Origin: a bacterium
GTDB taxonomy: Bacteria; Patescibacteriota; Patescibacteriia; UBA10025
Direction: 5' to 3'
NCBI GenBank assembly: GCA_021815445.1
Contig: JAKAGM010000002.1
Location: 225,345 to 289,344, forward strand
DNA length: 64,000 nt
In this document: one piece after another, positions 1 through 8,383 of the stretch
Position numbering within the stretch: the stretch's first letter is position 1
Layout: every line of letters starts with the position of its first letter
Notes under the pieces: generated by a model
The model's database searches: none
Seen by the model: only the letters and a program-made list of their open reading frames with translations
What the model was told of the DNA's origin: nothing
Position numbers and translations under genes: made by a program

Positions 1-47
1 CTCCGTGTCCTGACACCCGCACAGAGCTGAATCAGGTCTTTACAACC

Positions 48-1973
48 ATGCTGCGAGTATCTGAGGCGTATCTCTCCTGGTACCTCCAGTGGCTGAAGGA
101 TGTCGGTGAAATGTTCTTCGATTGTTCATTCAGAGTGTCGAAGAACCGGAGAGCCGTACGGCGCCTCACTCTGGAGAATGACGGAAGGTTCGTTCACCGG
201 GGACTCCTAATCTTTCAAGAGGAAGTGTCTGTGTCATTTTTCGGCTTTGACAAAAAAGAATACTTCGCAACAGTGATCTCAGTGAGTGATGAGGAGATTG
301 TGGTCAGCTTCACCACTCCGCTTACACGGAGTGAGGCCCAGGGCCTGATGTCGTTCACGCGCAATGTGGATGAAGACATACCCAGGATTCAACGCGACTT
401 GTGTTGGAAGGCGCTTTCGCGAGATTCTGCGGATCCTTGTCCGCTCAGCGTGATGGCCGGTGACACCGTCAATCATGATGATGATGACGAACATTGGCTT
501 GCTGATCTTGAGCTGAGTGGTGAGAATGCTCGCCGCATACGCCAAGATGAATCACAGGCGGTTGCACTTGCCACGGTCACCGACCGGAGGTGGGTGAGCC
601 TCATCCACGGTCCTGCAGGTACCGGCAAAACATTCCTCACATCACTGGCGATACGGCAGTTTCATTCCCAAGCACGGGTGATTCTGCTCGTGTCCCACTC
701 TAACCAGGGGCTTGATAACCTCCTCGCCTTCGTCGCACAAAGTGTAGGGAATCCGGGAGCAATCTATCGCCTAGGAAATAATGCCAGGAACATTTCCAAA
801 TCCGCAGAGCAATTTCATCGGACGGCACGTTACGGCGGGTCGATGTCCGGCCAGAGGCTCAGTACTGAGGAAGCCAGCGACATAACGACGACGCTGATGT
901 ACGGGAAAAACGTCATTCTGGCGTGCACCATGACGTCATTTCTCATCGACCATACGATGGATATCTTGCGTCAGAAAGGTTTCCGGGCAGATGTCGTCAT
1001 TATCGATGAGGCTTCACGCGGACTCTTCTTTGAGGTTCTCCCTGTCATCGAAACTGCCAGCGGGCGAATCATCTTCGTCGGCGATCCGGATCAGCTCGGT
1101 AATATCGGCATCTCTCCGGACGCAAAGCAGTATCTCAATGAAGGCGGGTTTTCCCGTGAAGATATCGATCGTTTCACTGACGGTTGGTTCACGACGGTGA
1201 TTAGAGAGGGTCTCCTGCCCGTTGATCTTCTCCGGATCAATAGAAGGTCGCTCCCGGCCATCAGCGAACTTGTAAGCCGACTGTTCTACGGCGGGAGGTT
1301 AATCTCTGGACGGTTCGATCCTGAGAATCCCGGCCGGTTTGAATTTCTCGATACGAGTGCGGCCCAAGACGCCCATGACGAGCAGGTCGGCACCTCGTGG
1401 ATCAACCGTCGGGAAGCCAATCTCGTGGTCAGACAGATCGTGAAACTTCTGGCACAGGGAGTGAAGCCCGAGGATATCGGTGTGATTACCCCCTATCGAG
1501 GTCAGATTGCTTTGATTCGGCAGAAGTTGCGGGGAGAACTGGTCTTTCACCCCGCGCTGAAAAGTGTTCGCCTTGGTCTGCCAGGTGGAATGTCCATCGA
1601 TTTTTCCAATCAGCCAACAGATGGCGTTCAGTCTCCTGTCACCGAAGACAGTAAGATGACGCCGATCTTGCAGGCGCTCGGGCGGAGAATTGATACGTTG
1701 CTTCAGTCGTTAGTCAACACCGTTGATGCGTTTCAGGGATCGCAAAGGAAAGTCATTATCCTGAGCATGGTGCGCTCTAATGACGAGGGTGCGATCGGTT
1801 TCAACAGCAACGTCAGCCGGCTTCGGGTAGCATTTTCCCGCGCTGAAGACCGCCTCATCGTCATTGGCAGCTCTCGCACATTTCTCTCTAGCGACGTTCC
1901 GGAAGTCCGGAGCATTTTCCGGCAGTCAGTGGAATATGCCCGACAGCTGGAGTCGTACAGAGAGATCGAGTAA
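48..1973 (+). CDS. Superfamily 1 helicase, Upf1/DNA2-like (AAA_11/AAA_12), with ~190 aa N-terminal region of unknown function
   Basis: Walker A GPAGTGKT, Walker B VVIIDEAS, C-terminal VDAFQGSQRKVIILSMVRSN motif typical of Upf1-like SF1B helicases. Confidence 0.7.
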   Translation: MLRVSEAYLSWYLQWLKDVGEMFFDCSFRVSKNRRAVRRLTLENDGRFVHRGLLIFQEEVSVSFFGFDKKEYFATVISVSDEEIVVSFTTPLTRSEAQGLMSFTRNVDEDIPRIQRDLCWKALSRDSADPCPLSVMAGDTVNHDDDDEHWLADLELSGENARRIRQDESQAVALATVTDRRWVSLIHGPAGTGKTFLTSLAIRQFHSQARVILLVSHSNQGLDNLLAFVAQSVGNPGAIYRLGNNARNISKSAEQFHRTARYGGSMSGQRLSTEEASDITTTLMYGKNVILACTMTSFLIDHTMDILRQKGFRADVVIIDEASRGLFFEVLPVIETASGRIIFVGDPDQLGNIGISPDAKQYLNEGGFSREDIDRFTDGWFTTVIREGLLPVDLLRINRRSLPAISELVSRLFYGGRLISGRFDPENPGRFEFLDTSAAQDAHDEQVGTSWINRREANLVVRQIVKLLAQGVKPEDIGVITPYRGQIALIRQKLRGELVFHPALKSVRLGLPGGMSIDFSNQPTDGVQSPVTEDSKMTPILQALGRRIDTLLQSLVNTVDAFQGSQRKVIILSMVRSNDEGAIGFNSNVSRLRVAFSRAEDRLIVIGSSRTFLSSDVPEVRSIFRQSVEYARQLESYREIE

Positions 1974-1984
1974 ACGAAAAAATA

Positions 1985-2016
1985 GGGGTCGACCACGATG
2001 GTCGCCCCTTTTTTCT
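1985..2016 (+). terminator. Rho-independent terminator after helicase gene
   Basis: GC-rich hairpin GGGGTCGACC..GGTCGCCCC followed by TTTTTT. Confidence 0.6.
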
Positions 2017-2607
2017 TCTCTCCCGGGATTAGACCCGGCGGTGGGTACCCGACCTTAGCCCAACATCCCATTGGAATTGGGCGTTCAGGTTTCAGTAAGG
2101 GGCCCCACCCGAGGCCTATCACGCATCATGAGTTCGCCCGAGTCCGCACGGTATCCGCCGCCATGATACGTGAAATGGGTGGCAACTTCCGTCAGTGCGA
2201 GAAGCAGTACAATGGAAGTCGCCATCTGCCTGCCCACCGGGGCTGTTGCCCTGGCAAGCAGGAATGGCCTCGGAGAAGAAATGGTTTGTCCGACAAAGAA
2301 CGATCGTAGAAGCATCCAAACCCTCCTTGCTTCGAGGAATATAGAAGTTTTACTCGATTCTGATAAGAAAGTCAAGAGAGCTATTTTTTGTATTGTAAAA
2401 AGCTCCCCTCTGTCATCCTGCCTTCGGCCCTGACCATTCGGCGTTGAGGCCTCATGGCCGAAAAGGGGCTCAGGCCCAAGGGGAGCGAAGCCCCGCAATT
2501 GCGGGGCGAGATTCTTCCCCCGCCATCCGGCGGGGGAAGAATGACAAGAAAAAGCCTCATCATGAGCATTGTCAAAATCCATAGATTGTTTTACATTGTT
2601 GAGACCC

Positions 2608-2740
2608 GGAAGGGTCGCCCCGTCATGCGACGGGGCAGGCATAGTTGGTCTAGTGCGCTTGTTTAGCCACCCGCCGTGGCGGGGGGTACCGCCTCGTGCC
2701 AGAGGCAGATCAACCTCTGGCTGAAAAGGCGGGAAAAGCA
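2608..2740 (+). pseudogene. Degenerate tRNA-Ser-like element, copy A (pseudo-tRNA / tRNA-derived fragment)
   Basis: GGAAGGGTCGC and GCATAGTTGGTCTAGTGCGC match acceptor/D-arm of downstream tRNA-Ser; no complete cloverleaf can be folded; shares conserved 3' block AAAGGCGGGAAAAGC with copy B. Confidence 0.4.
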
Positions 2741-2778
2741 GTTTAATACATTATTTCAAACTTGGTTAAGCCCAGAGC

Positions 2779-2854
2779 GGAGAGGTCGCATAGTTGGTCT
2801 AGTGCGCACGCTTGGCCACCGCCTACGGCGGGGTCCCGCCAAAGGCGGGAAAAG
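2779..2854 (+). pseudogene. Degenerate tRNA-Ser-like element, copy B (pseudo-tRNA / tRNA-derived fragment)
   Basis: GGAGAGGTCGCATAGTTGGTCTAGTGCGC..TTGG parallels 5' half of tRNA-Ser (acceptor, D-arm, start of anticodon arm) but 3' half is not tRNA-like. Confidence 0.4.
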
Positions 2855-2869
2855 CTGTTGGTAAGAATT

Positions 2870-3115
2870 ATGTATTCAGTATATATTTTACAAAGTCAAT
2901 CTACTCAGCGTTACTATATAGGAGTTACTCAAGAAATTGATCAACGCATTCGCCATCATGAAAGCGGAGCGAATCGATCAACAAAAGGAAAAGGACCGTG
3001 GAAGCTAGTGTATAAAGAAGAATACCGGGATAGTAAATCTGCATGGCGGAGGGAGCGTCAGATCAAGAAGTATAAAGGTGGCAGAGCCTTCAAAAAGCTA
3101 GTTGGCAGAGAATAG
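2870..3115 (+). CDS. GIY-YIG nuclease family protein (YhbQ/UPF0213-like)
   Basis: MYSVYILQSQSTQRYYIGVTQEIDQRIRHHESG...KGKGPWKLVYKEEYRDSKSAWRRERQIKKY closely matches the small YhbQ-type GIY-YIG proteins. Confidence 0.75.
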   Translation: MYSVYILQSQSTQRYYIGVTQEIDQRIRHHESGANRSTKGKGPWKLVYKEEYRDSKSAWRRERQIKKYKGGRAFKKLVGRE

Positions 3116-3126
3116 TAGTGTAGTGT

Positions 3127-3213
3127 GGAAGGGTCGCATAGTGGACGAGTGCGCTTGCTTGGAAAGCAAGTAAGGGGTAAAACCCTTCGAGGGTTCGAAT
3201 CCCTCCCCTTCCG
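3127..3213 (+). tRNA. tRNA-Ser (anticodon GGA), class II with long variable arm
   Basis: Acceptor GGAAGGG/CCCTTCC, D-arm with GG, anticodon stem CTTGC/GCAAG and loop TTGGAAA, 18-nt variable arm, T-arm GAGGG-TTCGAAT-CCCTC, discriminator G; CCA not encoded. Confidence 0.8.
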
Positions 3214-3290
3214 GATCGACTATTTTTTATCGGATGCGATCAAAGTAAATCTTTAATTATAACCAACCTATACACAACATCATAAACAAC

Positions 3291-4493
3291 ATGGATAGGA
3301 ACATTTATATATTAGGCGCTGGTTTTAATCAAATTGTTTCTGACTGGGATGGCCTTAAACCCCCCATGTCTAAAAATTTTTTTCAAACCATTCTTAGATC
3401 TAGAAAATACTCTGAAGAATTTTACTTATCAAAAGTAAAAAATGTCTTTGATTATATTGAAAAAAATTGGGGGAAAACAAAAAACGACCTTTTAAAACAA
3501 GAGTTTAACCTGGAAGATGTTTTTACAAAATTACAATCAGAATTGCGATTAGAGTTACAAAAGAAAAGAACGAAAAAAGATATAGTAAATGAATTATTCC
3601 TTACAAACTTTCGCTTAGAAATGATGCTGGCGGAGTTCCTTTCAGAATTTGAAATACATAGCGTAAGAGATAAAACTGGTTTATTAAAAGAATTTGGTAA
3701 AAAAGTTCTAAATGAGAACGCAATTGTTATCACCTTTAATTATGACTGTATTTTAGAAGAAGCCATCGAGTCGGCATCGGGAGTGAATGTAAATGCCCCT
3801 AATAGTTACCTAAATCCAGAGGGACCATTTCAGAACAAAGAGGTGCCTGAGGAAGAGTTACCATACAGTCATCATAATTGGAATCGGCCCCTGGGATATG
3901 GGATAAAATTTGATGAAATTCAACTTCAGAGAGCTGGGATATCAACTTTTGAAAAAGGGGGTAGGTTTTATGGACATCACAAAAATAAACTATACGATTC
4001 GAGAATATTAAAATTGCATGGATCACTTAATTGGTTTCAATACTGGCCAATTCGAAAATTTCCTATTTTCCCAGGACAGCCTGATAAGCTTTCTCCAGAA
4101 AAAATGCAAGAAATTATCCTTGTGGATGGACACTGGCATTTTAACGATCCCCCAGACATAAATGGTTGGATAATTAACCCTTTAATAATTACTCCGGTAC
4201 TTTACAAAAATGAATTCTACCAAAATCAACCATTTATTGAACTCTGGAAACAAGCGAAAAATTATCTTTCTGAATGTGATAAATTGACTATTATCGGTTA
4301 TTCTTTCTCTAAAACTGATACAAGTATTCTGAGGTTATTGAGGAGTGTATTCAATCAACACCAGCTGCGAGAATTAGTGGTTGTGACTCGACACAAAGAA
4401 ATTGCTAATATAGCTCAAAAAATAACGAACTTTTCTAAACCTGCAACCAGGTATAATGATACAGAAAAATTCTTAAAAACTTTAAAGAACTAA
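3291..4493 (+). CDS. SIR2_2-domain (SIR2-like) protein, probable defense-associated NADase family
   Basis: N-terminal YILGAGFN Rossmann motif, TFNYDCILEE and KLHGSLNWF motifs typical of SIR2_2; gene is strongly AT-rich relative to flanks. Confidence 0.65.
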   Translation: MDRNIYILGAGFNQIVSDWDGLKPPMSKNFFQTILRSRKYSEEFYLSKVKNVFDYIEKNWGKTKNDLLKQEFNLEDVFTKLQSELRLELQKKRTKKDIVNELFLTNFRLEMMLAEFLSEFEIHSVRDKTGLLKEFGKKVLNENAIVITFNYDCILEEAIESASGVNVNAPNSYLNPEGPFQNKEVPEEELPYSHHNWNRPLGYGIKFDEIQLQRAGISTFEKGGRFYGHHKNKLYDSRILKLHGSLNWFQYWPIRKFPIFPGQPDKLSPEKMQEIILVDGHWHFNDPPDINGWIINPLIITPVLYKNEFYQNQPFIELWKQAKNYLSECDKLTIIGYSFSKTDTSILRLLRSVFNQHQLRELVVVTRHKEIANIAQKITNFSKPATRYNDTEKFLKTLKN

Positions 4494-4530
4494 AGCTAAT
4501 GATAGAATCCCGACCCACGTGCCTCAAATT

Positions 4531-4614
4531 CGCCCCTAGAAAAATTATCAGAAAGCCCTCATATTGTTGCTCAAGCGTGGGCACCTAACCCAAGTGGCCC
4601 GTACTTCAAAAAAC
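4531..4614 (+). repeat. Intergenic repeat element, copy 1 (~85 nt)
   Basis: GCCCCTAGAAAAATTATCAGAAAGCC...GGGCACCTAACCCAAGTGGCCCG..TTCAAAAAACC about 75% identical to copy 2 at 5531-5612. Confidence 0.6.
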
Positions 4615-4726
4615 CAATCGGAGGTTTTCCGCCTCTGCCCTGGAAACTAAAAATTTTAAGCCTGCCTTTGGATAGGCGGATTGCCACCCTGCCAGTATTA
4701 TTTTCTATTGGAGGCTAAGACGATGT

Positions 4727-5503
4727 ATGAACATATATTCTTGGAATGTATGGGACGACAATAAGACCCCGGAGCTCGTATTGAAGTTCATCCAGCAGCT
4801 TGATTTTGACATCTTGTGTCTTCAGGAAGTTCCAGAATCACTTTTGCAGAAACTCAGCGTCTTACCCTACGCGCAGGTTCACTTCGTGGACCTTACAAGA
4901 CTGCGACCAGAAAAAGAGGAAACGTGCTATTTGGTAATTCTTACTCATTATCACATTATTCATCATAGTTCGTTCTTGACGTGCCCAAAGCCAGTCTACC
5001 CTTTGCGTACCCGAGCTTTCCTAGGTCTGGGGTTATTTGGATTTACGAGGCTCAAGGATCATGGCGCACTCTATGCAGACATACGAATCCCCGGCAGTGA
5101 ACATCCCATTCGGGTTTTTTCGCTCCATCTACGTCTTAGCGGGCCCGTAGAAAGACAAAAAGAACTGGCTCTAGTCTCCAGCCATATGAATAAGGCCTAT
5201 CCGACCATGGTGTGTGGAGATTTCAATATTATTGATCAACCATTACAAAAATCCTTTAGTTGGCTTCTCGGTTCTTCCATACGCGAGGCCTTACCCTGGT
5301 ATCCCGAGAGGCGACGCATGGAACAGCAATTCGACGGCCTAGGTTTGAAGAATGTCTTGCGCGGCAAGAAAACGAATACCCGGTTCGCAAACCAGCTGGA
5401 TCATATTCTGGTACCAAAAGAATTCTCGGTTACGGCCGCCGGCGTATGCGAAAATTCATTTGGCTCAGACCATTACCCTGTTTACGTAACTATCAAGTCT
5501 TGA
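4727..5503 (+). CDS. Endonuclease/exonuclease/phosphatase (EEP, DNase I-like) family protein
   Basis: ILCLQEV, CGDFNI and GSDHYPVYV motifs characteristic of EEP superfamily. Confidence 0.7.
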   Translation: MNIYSWNVWDDNKTPELVLKFIQQLDFDILCLQEVPESLLQKLSVLPYAQVHFVDLTRLRPEKEETCYLVILTHYHIIHHSSFLTCPKPVYPLRTRAFLGLGLFGFTRLKDHGALYADIRIPGSEHPIRVFSLHLRLSGPVERQKELALVSSHMNKAYPTMVCGDFNIIDQPLQKSFSWLLGSSIREALPWYPERRRMEQQFDGLGLKNVLRGKKTNTRFANQLDHILVPKEFSVTAAGVCENSFGSDHYPVYVTIKS

Positions 5504-5530
5504 TAAACACAACCTGTGTTCCTCACAATT

Positions 5531-5612
5531 GCCCCTAGAACTATTATCAGAATTTCCTTATAATATTTGCATGACTTGGGCACTTAACCCGAGTGTCCCG
5601 CCAATTCAAAAA
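5531..5612 (+). repeat. Intergenic repeat element, copy 2 (~85 nt)
   Basis: GCCCCTAGAACTATTATCAGAATTTCC...GGGCACTTAACCCGAGTGTCCCG..TTCAAAAAAAT, paralogous to 4531-4614; lies immediately upstream of hydrolase start. Confidence 0.6.
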
Positions 5613-5618
5613 AATATT

Positions 5619-6242
5619 ATGCCTAAGCAAAAGCTTCAAATATTCATTATCCATGGTGGCAACACGCACCGAAGCCATACGAATTTCCTACGATACTTAA
5701 GAACCAGGAAAATTGACATACAGAAAAAAGCCGGGTGGAGCGGCCCGTACTTAGATAAAAAGCTGGGAAGAAAATTTCATATCATCAGACCTCGGATGCC
5801 TCTGCAAGATAATGCTAAATACAAAGAGTGGGCGCTCCACTTTGAAAGGCACATCCCGTATTTACACAACAACCTTATCCTGATCGGCGCATCTTTGGGC
5901 GGTATTTTCTTGGCCAAGTATCTCTCCGAGAATAAATTTCCCAAAAAGATACTTTCAACTTTTCTTGTCTGCCCCCCATTTGATGATACTCTCCCCAGTG
6001 AACATCTCACGGGCGGTTTTAAATTAAAATCAGATTTGTCATTACTACAAATAAATACGAAAAATTTGCGTCTGCTTTTTTCAAAGAATGATGATGTTGT
6101 CCCCGTATCGCATGCGAAAAAATATGCGGCTAAATTGCCCCATGCTCATATTGTAGTGTATAAGAACATCAACGAGCATTTTCGGATTCAAAAATTCCCA
6201 GAAATTATCCGGATGATCAAGCGGGATTATAATAATTTATAG
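5619..6242 (+). CDS. Alpha/beta hydrolase, YdeN/RBBP9-like serine hydrolase
   Basis: IFIIHGG near N-terminus, nucleophile elbow GASLGG, C-terminal His; start chosen at MPKQK because upstream in-frame extension overlaps the repeat element. Confidence 0.5.
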   Translation: MPKQKLQIFIIHGGNTHRSHTNFLRYLRTRKIDIQKKAGWSGPYLDKKLGRKFHIIRPRMPLQDNAKYKEWALHFERHIPYLHNNLILIGASLGGIFLAKYLSENKFPKKILSTFLVCPPFDDTLPSEHLTGGFKLKSDLSLLQINTKNLRLLFSKNDDVVPVSHAKKYAAKLPHAHIVVYKNINEHFRIQKFPEIIRMIKRDYNNL

Positions 6243-6352
6243 TCATAAATTTTCCCTCTTTACCACGGCCATTAGTATCGATTCGTGGCCTTTTGAGCAT
6301 ATCTAGCAATGATAGACTTCACACACCCATTCAACAGAGGTAATATAGAATT

Positions 6353-6928
6353 ATGAATGATGTAAAGAACGATAAAAGAGTGTTGCCGCAAAAACAGCGT
6401 GAAGAACTCCTCAGGGTGTTAAAGACCCGTTTTGAGAAAAACATGGATCGCCATAAGGGTGTCGCATGGGCTAAAGTACATGCACGGATTGAAGCTCGTG
6501 CTAAGAAACTGTGGTCGCTCAATGAAATGGAAAGAACCGGGGGTGAACCGGATGTTGTCGGTCATGATAAAAAGACGGGCGAATACATTTTTTATGATTG
6601 CTCAGCGGAAAGTCCTCGAGGCCGCAGAAGTATTTGTTACGACCGTCAAGCGCTGGAGTCCAGGAAAGAACATAAACCGAAAAATAACGCTCTAGATATG
6701 GCTGCTGCCATGGGCATTGAAATGTTAACTGAAGCACAATACCGGGATTTGCAAAAGTTCGGAAATTTCGATGCGAAGACGTCGAGCTGGGTGAAAACAC
6801 CCTCTGACATTCGAAAGCTCGGCGGCGCCCTCTTTGCTGATTACCGCTACAATAATGTCTTTGTGTATCACAACGGCGCAGAATCTTACTATGGCGTCAG
6901 GGGATTTCGCGGCTCGCTCAGGGTGTAA
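6353..6928 (+). CDS. Hypothetical protein, DUF4256-like
   Basis: Sequence (YDCSAESPRGRRS..NGAESYYGVRGFRGSLRV) recalled as DUF4256 family; no function known. Confidence 0.4.
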   Translation: MNDVKNDKRVLPQKQREELLRVLKTRFEKNMDRHKGVAWAKVHARIEARAKKLWSLNEMERTGGEPDVVGHDKKTGEYIFYDCSAESPRGRRSICYDRQALESRKEHKPKNNALDMAAAMGIEMLTEAQYRDLQKFGNFDAKTSSWVKTPSDIRKLGGALFADYRYNNVFVYHNGAESYYGVRGFRGSLRV

Positions 6929-7015
6929 ATTTGCGCCGACTGCTAGTTTAAAGGTGATACATCGTGTGGGCACAAGACCCGCCTGGCTCTCTAAAAGAAT
7001 GAATTACATCAACCT

Positions 7016-7573
7016 ATGAAAAAAACCACAAAGGCAACTCGCTTCAAAGCAGTTATCCTTACCGCTGATCAGTTTGAGGATATGGAAGTCTTTTTCCCGC
7101 TCTTTCGTCTCTTGGAAGCGGGATGGCAGGTAGATGTCGCCGCGCCGAGCAAGGAGCAAATTGGCGGGGAGCACGGGTACGCTTTACAGCCGGACAAAAC
7201 TATCGCTGAGGTTGATCCCGCCGAGTATCACATGCTCATTATTCCGGGCGGTTTCCCTGACGGTGCGCCGGCAACAGTCCGAAAAATAAAAAAGGCGCAG
7301 GAAATAACTAAGTCCTTTTTTGACGCGAACAAGCCCGTCGCTTCGATTTGCCACGGGCCGTGGACGCTTGCCTCGGCAAACGTAGTCAAAGGCAGGCACC
7401 TCACCTCATTCTGGCACGACGGCGTACCCGAGGATGTAAAAGCCGCCGGCGGGATTTGGGAGGATAAAGAGGTGGTTGTCGACGGCAACCTCGTCACTTC
7501 ACGTTGGCCTTTGGATCTCCCGGCATTTATGCGGGAGGTGATGAAGATGGTTGAACGGATTGAGAAAAAATAG
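7016..7573 (+). CDS. DJ-1/PfpI family protein (type 1 glutamine amidotransferase-like)
   Basis: ICHGPWTLASANVVKGRHLTSF with nucleophile Cys-His; typical length ~185 aa. Confidence 0.75.
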   Translation: MKKTTKATRFKAVILTADQFEDMEVFFPLFRLLEAGWQVDVAAPSKEQIGGEHGYALQPDKTIAEVDPAEYHMLIIPGGFPDGAPATVRKIKKAQEITKSFFDANKPVASICHGPWTLASANVVKGRHLTSFWHDGVPEDVKAAGGIWEDKEVVVDGNLVTSRWPLDLPAFMREVMKMVERIEKK

Positions 7574-7639
7574 GGCAGGTGTATTGCACATATAGGTGGG
7601 GATAGTGGTGTCGGAATACACTCGCGCACCCACGGCGGG

Positions 7640-7996
7640 GTGCGCTATACTACATATATACCAACTATGTTTTTCCGCGCACACCTAAACCCAACACCCG
7701 CCAAAAGAGTCATTTACCTGTGCAGCACCGTTGTTCTGGGCATTTTATTGAGTATCCTGGCACATGTCGGGATTGAATCACTGTATCTCAACTGGGCGCA
7801 GGACAAGGGAATCGGGATTGTCTGGCACTCGGCTTTCGGGTTAACCAGTGCCGCGTGCGCCCTGCACCCTATCATTCAGTGGGGCCTTGTGGCTCTCGGC
7901 GCAGTGGGCGGATACATGCTCGGCAGGTTCTGGTGGAGGATGGTGTATATCGAACGGTGGTGGAGCAAAGATGATATTCGACGACAACCGAAATAA
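7640..7996 (+). CDS. Hypothetical membrane protein
   Basis: Three predicted hydrophobic helices; no recognisable motif. Confidence 0.35.
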   Translation: MRYTTYIPTMFFRAHLNPTPAKRVIYLCSTVVLGILLSILAHVGIESLYLNWAQDKGIGIVWHSAFGLTSAACALHPIIQWGLVALGAVGGYMLGRFWWRMVYIERWWSKDDIRRQPK

Positions 7997-8001
7997 CCCA
8001 C

Positions 8002-8370
8002 ATGATCTTTTTTAGGGCACACCGTCAACTGCTTCTGCGTAAGGAGCTTATTTTAGAATTCATAACGTTTGCACTGGCTATCGGATTCATCTCAGCGTTG
8101 AAGGGTCAGGTGATTTTGCTTACTATCGTACTTATTTTATTATCAGTGATTGCTAATCGTGTGTGGCACCAGAAGCATGACATCTTTTTTTATATCACCG
8201 GTGCCATTCTCGGGCCGTTATCAGAGATTGTCTGTACCAACTTTGGTGTTTGGCGATACGCTCATCCGACTTTTTTCAGTATTCCCTTATGGCTTCCATT
8301 CGCATGGGGTCTCGCCGCAGTGTTGATTACGCGGATTGCGGAGACGTTTGTGAAGATTGAAAAGAGGTAG
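8002..8370 (+). CDS. Hypothetical membrane protein
   Basis: Multiple hydrophobic segments; no recognisable motif. Confidence 0.35.
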   Translation: MIFFRAHRQLLLRKELILEFITFALAIGFISALKGQVILLTIVLILLSVIANRVWHQKHDIFFYITGAILGPLSEIVCTNFGVWRYAHPTFFSIPLWLPFAWGLAAVLITRIAETFVKIEKR

Positions 8371-8383
8371 ACGAAATTCGGCA

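Noticed and set aside
2085-2864. Multiple overlapping 60-185 aa ORFs on both strands in the 2.0-2.9 kb region
   Set aside because: Region is dominated by GC-rich hairpins and tRNA-like fragments; ORFs overlap each other in all frames, have Arg/Pro/Gly-rich low-complexity translations and no motifs. Treated as non-coding.
5529-5618. N-terminal 30-aa extension of the alpha/beta hydrolase ORF
   Set aside because: The extension is encoded by the duplicated intergenic repeat element (copy 2), whose homolog upstream of the EEP gene is non-coding; the internal ATG at 5619 gives a conventional hydrolase N-terminus.
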